Shown: positions 26,882 to 37,177 of the stretch, piece after piece | How positions within the stretch are numbered: position 1 is the first letter of the stretch | Layout: each line of letters opens with the position of its first letter | DNA from: Paramecium tetraurelia | Lineage: Eukaryota | NCBI GenBank assembly: GCA_000165425.1 | Contig: CT868048.1 | Location: 186,001-223,177 of the forward strand | Direction of reading: 5' to 3' | Length of the DNA: 37,177 nucleotides | Notes under the pieces: generated by a model | Told to the model about the DNA's origin: nothing | The model's database searches: none | The model's input: only the letters and a program-made list of their open reading frames with translations | Program-made: the position numbers and the translations under genes

Positions 26882-28804
26882 ATGAGTAGGATCAAACCAA
26901 AAATGTTAGAAAAAGATGAAGAATTAGTTTGTGCTTATGGACATAATGAACCTATTATTATTGTTGCACTTGATTTAAGTTTACCAAATAATAAGAAATT
27001 CTATTGTAGTAAATGTGTACAAAGCAATTAGCAAAATCATTTATAAAAAATATAATTCTACAAAATTGTAGAATCCATGATCTTAGAAGGATAGAAGAGT
27101 AAAGCAAAATTTATTGAAGAAACATTGGAGCTTAATAGAAAAAAGATCGAAAAAGTATAGCATTTGGTGTCTGAATTGAAATCACGCGTGATGAAATCCT
27201 TACTTTAAATAGATAATCTTGTAAAAGAATGGATAGAAGATCTATATTCAAAGGAGCCTTAGTATATTGAATATAGTTTTCATGCTGAACTGAATGAGTA
27301 CATAAAAAATGATAGTAAAATTGATTTAAATTAAAACGATTATAATTCTTAAATTGCTAAAATAAATTACAATTGGTATTGTAAAACTAAACCATTAATG
27401 CACCAATTCAAAGAGTTTAAAGAATTTAATACATGTTAATAAATACTTTTTGATTTAATTTAAAATAACTAAGAAAGTGAAGATTAAATAATAATAGAAT
27501 AGCTTTAACAATCATAATAATTGGAATAATCATAGGAATAATAATAATAATAATAACAATAATAACAATAAGAATAATTATAGAGAAGATAATAGGAATA
27601 ATTATCATAATAATAATAATAGTAATAAACGTAGTAATAGTAATAATCATAAATAAATAATCCAGTAGAATAGCCTAAACAGATTAGAGAAGTGCAACTA
27701 ACTTTAATAGATTAATCCGACAGGTGATTTNNNNNNNNNNNNNNNNNNNNNNNNNNNNNNNNNNNNNNNNNNNNNNNNNNNNNNNNNNNNNNNNNNNNNN
27801 NNNNNNNNNNNNNNNNNNNNNNNNNNNNNNNNNNNNNNNNNNNNNNNNNNNNNNNNNNNNNNNNNNNNNNNNNNNNNNNNAAAGCATTTAATTTAACAGG
27901 TCCATATTGGTAACTACAGATGAGATTGATATCAAAGTATGGGAATTTAATAATGGAGAAATTCAATTGCTAACATCTTTGAAGGGACATACAAATTATA
28001 TCAACTGTTTGATTTACAGTAAGAATTAAAATACATTTATTTTATCTTCGGATGATAAAACAATTAGATGCTGGCAATCATTTAATTTACAAAATTGGAA
28101 TAGTTCACAACCATATAATTAGCATACCCATTATGTTTAATGCCTGATAATTAATGAGAATGAAGATTTGTTATTTTCTGGAAGTTTTGATAATTCAATT
28201 AAAGTTTGGAATGTTGATTTTAATAAGAATTGCTTGACATATTAATATACTTTGAATAAGCATACTAATCCTGTAAATGGCTTAAGTTTGAGCCCATCAG
28301 AAAAGGTTTTGGTTTCATGTGCAAATGAGAGTAATTCAATAATTATTTGGGAAAGAAATGCAAATAATATCTTTGAGTTTAAATACGTTGTTAAATAATC
28401 GATTTAAGAGAGAGGGAATAAAATTATGTTTATATCAAATGAAGAATTTATTTGGGCAACAGCTTCCAGAACTTCAGATTATTTGTATGCGTTCTAATTA
28501 AAAGAAGGAGGAGTGTTTTAAGAAAATCCAGAAAGGACAGTCAAACTAATTCCAAATAAAATGTTTGCAGACGAATTTCGATTCCCAATTCTTTATAACA
28601 AAGAGAAAAATTTGATAATATTAAGGATGAAATCAATAGTATATATACTTGAACAACTTAAAGATGGTAAATACAGAATAGCTTCTTAATTAAATTTTAA
28701 TACTTTTGAATATATATGGTCAAATTACAAATAATTGGTAATATCTAGTATGCTGGGATGAAATAACTCAAGGATATAGCATTTATGAATTATAATTAAA
28801 ATGA
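26882..28804 (+). CDS. WD40-repeat protein with N-terminal C-x3-H...CxxC motif, coiled coil and polyQ linker; spans a gap and has an apparent +1 frameshift near 28711
   Basis: Starts MSRIKPKMLEKDEELVCAYGHNEPIIIVALDLSLPNNKKFYCSKC. WD repeats LKGHTNYINCL...DDKTIRCW and HTHYVQCL...SGSFDNSIKVW. The family-type end YLVCWDEITQGYSIYELQLK* (TGA 28802-28804) is reached only after removing one base. Confidence 0.85.
27500..27655 (+). repeat. (TAA/TAG/CAA)n trinucleotide tract encoding polyglutamine
   Basis: In the WD40 gene frame it reads QLQQSQQLEQSQEQQQQQQQQQQQEQLQRRQQEQLSQQQQQQQTQQQQQSQ. Confidence 0.9.
27731..27880. other. Assembly gap (150 N) inside the WD40 gene
   Basis: Run of N. Confidence 1.
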
Positions 28805-28899
28805 ACAATCAATATTGTATAATAATTATATTTTGCAATATTCTTTATTTGAATTAAACTCTTATCTGAAAATGATAATACTCAATGTAACTTGTACAG

Positions 28900-31800
28900 A
28901 TAATTTCTTACATTTTAGTTAGATTCTAGAAAGATTGAAAAATGAGTACAACTTGAAATAAAGTCTCAGTAATCTTCCAATTTTAATTAAATGTTAATGG
29001 AAATAGATCCAGTCAAATCATAGTTCACCTTGATGCCTAGATTTCTATCATCAATTAATATGTAGGATATTCAATATTATATGTTGAGGTTCATTACAAC
29101 AGCACTATCAATAGGGAGCTTAAACAACCGTATTTTTACTTTAAACTGTTTTTAGATATCAATTATATAATATCTCCGAGATTAAGAATAAATATCAATA
29201 ATTTCCATTAACTATTAAAGTTTTTTACTTTACGAAGTGGTAGAAAGGTAAATTTACTAGTTAAATAATATTTTCTTTATAACAATAGATGCAAATAAAG
29301 TTGATATAGAATCATGCTTCTTGGTAGCTGTCAATTAAAGTTTTCAAAATCGTTTTTAATAATTAAAGAATACTATAATATTGAATTCTAATTAATTTTA
29401 CTTCTATTTTTATATAGAAGTTTTGAAAGTCGCCTCATTTACATAGGATTTATTGTGAAATCATAATTGTTACAAAACACGTATATTCATTTTGGAATCA
29501 ATAATATTTATAAAAACATATGAAATACTTTGTTTTTTTTTTATGATATTGTTGCAATATAAAATTCAGTATGATTTGACTTATTATATTAGCTTATTGC
29601 TTGAATTAATCAGCTTATGTTGGATTATTTGAATAAAGAAAATGTTTCTCTAATGATAGAAAAGAAAATGTATAAGAAATATGTTTCTTTTTGAATAGAT
29701 TTTGTTCTCAAAATTAATTGCTTAAATTTTAAAAAGAATTTGGAAAAACAAATTGATTTTATTATAATTCATTCCAGACTTATTTACAGTATGCAAAATG
29801 TGAAGCTTATAATTAGTTTAATATAACTTTCAAATATTATTTGTATTAAAGTTATGTTTTGTACTACCGAAATATTTATTTTAAGATTACATTCATATAA
29901 TAATATTAAATTATTTATTGAATTGAATATTCAATTATTTTAGTCGAATGAATTTTAAATTGATTCCATTTTTTTCTGGAGACATTCCTAATTTGTGATT
30001 AGACTATGATTCTAAAATTGATAGATATTTAAATAATATATGAATGAGTATTATGAAATATTATTTAATCCTGATAACCTATATAATACAACTTTAAATG
30101 TTACAGTTTAGGGAAGTCATAAAATGACATATGATATTGGCTAGAATAGAATGAATTTATTAATTATATCTGTATAATTCCTAAAAATTACCTAATATTT
30201 AAAAGTACTCAGTAAATGTTAACATGAGTATTTATTTACGAGAAGCATTTTGAATTTAACATAGATTCTATTCGCATGTAGTTTTCAAATAGAAAATAAT
30301 GATATTGATGATTCATTAGAAATTTAATATGCATATTTTGTTCACCTATCTTATATTACTCTAAGAAAAGTAGTATATCGATTTAATAATAGGAGTAATA
30401 TTTTTTTAAATTCAAAAAAATATTTATATTAATTAATCTAAAATTTAATATTTGATACCATGATAAAATCAGTTTGATTAATGTGAAACAGAATAATCAT
30501 TATAATCTTAATAATCAATCATTTAATTCCTAATTTTTGGTTTTCATTGATTGTAAAAAGTGATCCTAAATGTTAGAGATTTAAAGATGTATCACTAGAA
30601 TTGTAGTTTATATATTTGTATTGTGTTAAAATATTAATACAAGATATCATTTATTCAAACTTTATTTATTAAAATTTCATATGGTTAAACGCGATANNNN
30701 NNNNNNNNNNNNNNNNNNNNNNNNNNNNNNNNNNNNNNNNNNNNNNNNNNNNNNNNNNNNNNNNNNNNNNNNNNNNNNNNNNNNNNNNNNNNNNNNNNNN
30801 NNNNNNNNNNNNNNNNNNNNNNNNNNNNNNNNNNNNNNNNNNNNNNTTCAGAAATAATTCATAGTAGTATAATTTAAATTTCCAGCTATTTCGCTATTGA
30901 CATTAAAAACAATTTTAATCTCTTATCATATAATTAACAGATCATTAGATTTCAAACCTTAGAAATACAGCAATGATGGAGAAAATAAATAAATATAAAA
31001 TTTTACGATTAAGAAATAATATAAAATATGACTTATGTTCAGGATATCTTCCTTTCTGTTATATGGCTTTATTTTGATTTCTAATCCCAAATTATGAGAT
31101 TATGAGACCTTTTATTAACAGCTTAATAATCATAAAAACTATTCCATTCAAAATTCCAAGGTTTATAATGAAGCAAAAATTAATCAAAGAAGCAATTGCA
31201 TCAAAATTCTTTTGCTTAGCCAGACTATGGCATAATTTGAACTCTATATAGAAGAGAATTATTTAGAAAAGTATTCGAATTGAAAGCCTCGACAATATCT
31301 TTCGTTATATTGGTACTCTAGTTAAATTTAAATCTTAATTTACCTAAACAAATCTTTATATAGTCTAATTAAGCTATATAATTGTTAGAATTAAAACTTC
31401 ATAAGTGAAGATTATGTTAAATGAAAGTTAAAAACCTAGTTAATTTTTTATAGGTATAACACATTATCTTCCACTTTTCATACTAATTGAATTCATCACT
31501 ATAAAATTAACCTGAAATGAAATAACCTATTCTCTTTTAATATTTAGGATTGCAACATATTTATCATACTTGATTTGTATTTATCAAAATAGAGCATTTT
31601 GAAATTTAAGTAGATCAACCTTAAATACTAATGAATTACCATTTAGATAATACCATAAAGTCCCTTGAACTTGGTGTTAAAGTTTGCAGATAGGTTTGAT
31701 AATTAAGTTTACTTTAATATTGAAAAAAATATTAAGGATTTAAACATATTTATCCAAAATATTAAAATGTTAAATTGATTAATTTCTCAATAGAATTTTT

Positions 31801-33200
31801 AACTCATTTTAAAGTTATAGCTATAATCTAACAGCGAAATTAAATTTAAATAATTAATTGAGTACATAGGAGATGAGATTAATAATATTTTTAAAGGATT
31901 AATAGATGAAATTACGATATAAAAAGCTGATTTAGAATGTATTAAAAATTTTAGGCATTGAAATTTTCAATTCAAAAAATCAAAACCAAAAGAATAAATA
32001 TCATAACCATAAAAAAGTGTATTGAAATTTATTACTACATTTCGTATAATCTAGATTCATATACAATGAATCCTGTAGATCAATTTCAGAATCATAGATT
32101 AAAGCAAAATGGGGTCATAAGAGGGATTTCTTTTGGAAACATTAGATTAAATATATATGAAGATTGTATATTTGTCAAATTTGTACCTTAAAACATTGCA
32201 CACAGATTATAAAGAATAATATCTATTAAATTATTTATTATATTTTTTAATAAAGTAAAGAATTGTGAATTTGCTAATGGATTTTCAAGTACATTTTCGA
32301 AATTAGATTGTCAAACCAACTTTTTCTAATGCCATCCTCAAATCGGTATATTAATATTAATAAGTTGCTATTAAAATAGAGTTATTTTTTTATAAAGTTT
32401 TGAATTATGATTGGCATTTTTTTAACGCACTAGATATTTTTATTTAGAAATTAATCAATTGTTATTTGAATGTAGTAGTGTAAGATTTTATACTTCAACA
32501 TATAATATGTTAATCAAAAGATTATTTCCTCAAAAATTACAGGAATTAAACGAATACACATTTCCAATAAGGCATTGAAAATATGATGAAGCGAATCCTG
32601 AAGATATTTATATGGTATCTAGTTAAATTAAATATTAACATATAATATTATCAAATCTGGCACATTAATTTATTTATAAGTTAAGTTACTATTTAAGTAT
32701 TATAATAATAGTAAGACTTACATTTTAATGAATATGATACAATAAAATAAGGTTTCATCTTATTCATTATAATATTTCCAATTACATTTATTTGTAGATT
32801 TATTCATACAAAAAATGATCTTGCTCACTAACATTTTCATAATTTCTGAAAGATTAGCAGTCGAAAAATTGACTAATTAATGATTAATTTTATAATTTCA
32901 ATAGGTAAATATATTAATGATGTTGGATATTACAGATTTACATTGTTTATTGTATATATAAGAAAATTAGGATAATCATTCTTTTCAGTTTCAATGTTTT
33001 AAGTTGATTTAGGAATCTTTTTCTCAAGTTACATTTGTTTTTTGTTTAAAATATATGAATTAAACCTATTTTCTTGACTCGGAGCAATAATATCTTAATT
33101 ATGAAACCACTGTCATACTCTACATCCAATTAATTAATAAAATATCCTTTTTAGTTAATATTAAATATATAATTTAGATAATAAGATTAGAAATTATAAT
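28900..33200 (+). pseudogene. Possible remnant of a large membrane/surface protein gene (limits approximate)
   Basis: About 4 kb with no intact gene model. It has broken coding-like stretches, including a ~290-codon TGA-free frame (~31958-32850) with spaced Cys and later hydrophobic segments. Confidence 0.3.
30697..30846. other. Assembly gap (150 N)
   Basis: Run of N. Confidence 1.
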
Positions 33201-33384
33201 TTTAACAGTGAAATCTAATTAATAAAAAATGAGAGACTTTTAAATTTTAATGAATATTTACAATATCCATTTCGAGAGTAACAAACAAATTTTAACTTTT
33301 TGATTTAATTATAAATTTAATTAAAAAAGAATATCTCTTAATTTTTTTGTGTTTAAAATATCATTTTCACTACTCTAGGTAGCG

Positions 33385-34744
33385 TCATCTCTTGTTCCTT
33401 TTGCAATCTAATGTTTCCTTATGAGTAATTTTTTTTTTTCTATCTAAATTCTTAAGTATTGTTGCCGATTTGCTTACATTCCTCTTAACTATTAATTATA
33501 TACAAAGGTACTTGTATCATTAGATTGAGTCTCTATTTAAGCTTAAGATGTTTAATTTTCATTTTTTGGCTATCTAGGTTAAATAGAAGGAGAAGGATTA
33601 TTGTTGAGGTTTTCATTATTCCTTTCTATTTAAACAAGGTTGCTAACTATTTAATATTTATCAAGCAGCTCTATTAATTTTTCGACTGTTTTATAAAAAT
33701 TTTCAAAGATTTTAGAATAAGCCATCATAATTTCTATATTATGTTTTACCTATGAATTTAATGCAGAGTCAACTTAAATTGCTGAACCCCATATACGCCT
33801 TTATTTTTAAATATATTGTTCTAAACTCTTTATAACAGCTGTAATCTAGTCCTTTGTACTTGAGAATTGATTCTTTATTTATTACCATTTTTCTCTCTTA
33901 AAATTTTATTAAGTAATTTTTAATATATCATTTACCTTTATACTTATATCCTCAGTTTGTTGTTCTATGTCGACTTCCTTTTATATAATTAATTATAATC
34001 TCTCATCAGAATTTTTGAAGGTTTCCACTTCATTTTTTAGATTTAATTGATTTAAAGCCTCAGTACATTTCTATTTTTCCTCATCTAATATTTGCTAGAA
34101 TATTTCATCTTTTTTTGTTATTTATAATTGCAGAGCTTATTGATTTATTGTAAGATGTCCTATTTCAGCCTCCAACTTATTTTTTAGGTTTTCCTTTTAT
34201 TGAATGAATTCCTACTGCTTTTCTTTTAATTAACGAATGGTTTAGTTTAATTCCTTTATTTTTTTCTCTTCAGCTGCAATATCTTCTTTGGCTTGATTAC
34301 TCATCTTCTGGATAATTTATTGTTTTTCTGATATTTATTTGTTTTATTCTTCAATTTGTTATTTTAGTTCATCACACAGTGCTCGAAGATCGCAATTTGT
34401 TTTTTTAAATGCGATGCCCACTAACCATTACAATCTCACATATCCATCTAACAATTAATCTGCATTCTATTCAATTTGGCTTTTAAATTTTTCATAATTT
34501 CTGACTAATAAATCTTCAATTTTCTATAATAGGGTTGAACAATCCTTTATATTATCTCATCTAAAATTACATTAAATTGATCTTCATTTTATCTAGTTGG
34601 AATCAAATTGTTCCTATTCCCTCTTCTTTAGTTCTCAACTTATGTTTACCTCTCTAAATTTGATATATTAGGAATAGATTTGTAAATTAGTTTTACCTTA
34701 CGACCTGCTGTTATAAAGTACGATTAATTTGATATTTCTGCCAT
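33385..34744 (-). CDS. Coiled-coil protein of unknown function (3' end uncertain)
   Basis: MAEISNQSYFITAGRKVKL...QNEDQFN [26-nt intron] DCSTLLQKIEDLL...LRALCDELKQQIEEQNKQISEKQQIIQKM...; long E/K/Q heptad-rich frame. The stop position depends on a putative 23-nt intron near 33490-33512. Confidence 0.75.
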
Positions 34745-35462
34745 TTGGATTAATATTATTGAAACATTAATTATTTAAGAGAGTTCAAAAATAAAAATCT
34801 TTAAATTCTATTTACTATAGGAATCTTTAAATTAAGAAAAGTAAATAGAATTTTAAAAATCAATCCTTATATTTGATAATTCGTCAAAGATTCGAATATA
34901 CCTTCCTTTTTTGGCTTCAATCGATTCTTTTTCTTGAAAAAATTTTTTTTCCTTTATCTCTTATAAAAAGATTTATCTATCTATCAGTTCAAACATAATC
35001 ACAACATAATATCCTAACTACTATAGATTTCTATTAGGGTTTCATAGAAATTAAAAGGCAAGAAGTCATAAATTAAAAATTTTGATACAAAATCAGAAGT
35101 ATAAGTACTTATTGTTATCCGAACACATGAGAAATTTAATATGTTAGTGTTCTCTTATATATTTCAAAGAGGCCTTGAATATTGCCTTGAGCAATTATCA
35201 CCACTCATTATTAAATTAGTTTTGAATAAAATAGTTTCATATTTAATATTACAAAAATAGAAAAAAAATTAGTGTAATAATATTCTTTTTGGCTTGCATT
35301 TCCAAATCGGACATAAGACAACTTGCTTGTTTTACATCAAATTATAATTTGAGATAATATTTCATTGCATTTGAATTCAGAACTTATATTGATTTCATTC
35401 AAATTAATAAAATTATAAATAACATCAAATATTTAATAAAAAATATTAACTCATATATATAT

Positions 35463-35612
35463 NNNNNNNNNNNNNNNNNNNNNNNNNNNNNNNNNNNNNN
35501 NNNNNNNNNNNNNNNNNNNNNNNNNNNNNNNNNNNNNNNNNNNNNNNNNNNNNNNNNNNNNNNNNNNNNNNNNNNNNNNNNNNNNNNNNNNNNNNNNNNN
35601 NNNNNNNNNNNN
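35463..35612. other. Assembly gap (150 N)
   Basis: Run of N. Confidence 1.
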
Positions 35613-35864
35613 ATGAACACCAAAAATACAAAATAGAACGTAAGCCGCCTCATGGTATATATAACCCTTATATTAAAATAAGGAGCGTTCATAATTATAA
35701 TTTTTCAAAATTAAAATCCTCTCACCTAACGAAATGTGAATGTGGAACAGTTGAATTTAGAAAGAGAAATAAAAGAGAACAAAATCTCTATATATATATG
35801 AAAATTGGGTTTTTAATAAAAAATGAGTTTGCAAAGATTCATTAATTATTATATTTAATTTTAA

Positions 35865-37177
35865 ATGTTGCTGCATCATGCCATTCGAATAGTTGAAAAG
35901 AACGATTCAATTAATGATTCTAGTAATATGACTAATCTGGATTTTCGACTGATAAATGTAAAAACTGGTAGAAAATATGACTATCCTGTAATTAATTATG
36001 GTATTAAATAGGTTTATGGAAAACAATGCATTCATTTTGGTGGTGACAAATTCATCAATCTTTAAGATGTTGTAGATGGATTTAATTCTTAGAGAAGAAA
36101 TTATGAATGCTTTCATTGTCAAATTGTTTATAAGGAAGTTTCTGATTTTACACCACATGATCTCTATATTAGAATCAATTAAGAATTCCACCCTTTAACA
36201 GATAGAATTTCTGTATTACATGGAATCTTATTAAGCCATATTAAAAGAAATAAAAAAAGATTCGGTGATCCTTTAACTTCAAGTAAAATTTAAAGATAAA
36301 TAATACAATTATTAACATAAAATAAAGAAGATCAATATTAAAATGCTTCAAACTTTCTTAACCTAGCCTTAAATGATTAAAGATTTTAGTCAAATAATTA
36401 ATTTTAATTCTAGTCCTTATGTTTACTAGATAATGTAAATATAACCATCCCAGTAAGGCATAAGGATTGTAAACATATTGAAGCTTATGAATTAACTAGT
36501 TTGATTTGTTATCAAATTGAAAATTTTAAAGATTTAAAAAACAAATAATTGCAGGAAAGGGAGTCAAATTAGTACCTACGATGCATCAAAATAGGTTGTT
36601 CATCCATTTTCCCCTTAACTTCTGATTAGTAGCTCTTAGATTGTCTAGTTGTAGATTTCTAATTTCTATAAACAATTAAAAAGTCTTACCCTGGAAATCA
36701 GCTTTATGTAGTGAGCAGGACAGATAAAAATGAAATTACATTAACAGATTTTATCTTAAATAGCAATAATAACAAGGATTCATTTGTTAGAGCATATTGG
36801 ATGAAAAAAGAAAATTAAGCCGAATTAGATCGATAATTTACTTTATCAGATTTTTAAAGAATAGTATTAGAAAAGATGGCAACAATAATCAATTTAGAAT
36901 TGCATAAAACTGTTAAAGAAAAAATTAATCTATATAAACACTCTAATTGTTTAATGAAATTATAAGATTAGTCTGATAATATTGTTGAATATCCAGCAAA
37001 TGTTTTAACTTGTCCAATCTAATTAGAGACTGAGTGTTTATAAGATGAAAAGAGGTTCCATTATTAAATTGGGACATTAGACTTTTGTAGCATACATAGT
37101 TCATAAATAGACGATGGCAGAAATTAATAAATGAGGTTCTGAAAAATTGAAATGCCCTCTATGTTAAACTGAATTTA
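35865..37177 (+). CDS. Protein with multiple SP-RING (MIZ-type Zn finger)-like modules; putative SUMO E3-ligase relative; 3' end disrupted or truncated
   Basis: Open from ATG 35865 to TGA 37140-37142. The central module SLCLLDNVNITIPVRHKDCKHIEAYELTSL...LRCIKIGC...LVVDFQFL matches the Siz/PIAS SP-RING pattern. Weaker copies lie up- and downstream; the terminal LKCPLCQ is in another frame. Confidence 0.75.

Noticed and set aside
27426..27650. Ile-rich hydrophobic 74-aa ORF on the minus strand
   Set aside because: It is the antisense reading of the (TAA)n polyQ tract.
34860..35400. Possible minus-strand gene upstream of the coiled-coil gene
   Set aside because: Frames close after ~50 codons and show no recognisable motif.

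Overview
AT-rich eukaryotic scaffold with 6 N-gaps from a ciliate, almost certainly Paramecium and macronuclear-type. TAA/TAG read as Gln, TGA is the only stop, and genes carry tiny ~20-31 nt GT..AG introns, so the supplied standard-code ORF track is mostly fragments or artefacts. I re-translated by eye with the ciliate code. The left ~19 kb is gene-dense. It holds a truncated protein kinase, a CDPK7-like EF-hand/PH/kinase, several small hypothetical genes, an RNF5/RMA1-type RING ligase and a full-length DNA topoisomerase II whose ATPase catalytic Glu reads as Asp. These are followed by four co-oriented genes encoding WD40 or SPRY proteins, three of them with an N-terminal B-box-like Zn motif and a coiled coil (TRIM-like, no RING). 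The right half mixes intact genes with decayed sequence. The readable genes are a secreted two-repeat protein, another Zn-motif/polyQ/WD40 gene, a coiled-coil protein and a protein with about three tandem SP-RING-like modules. The decayed sequence includes a pseudogene of a two-TM, Cys-loop membrane protein. All gene models are manual and have not been checked by database search.
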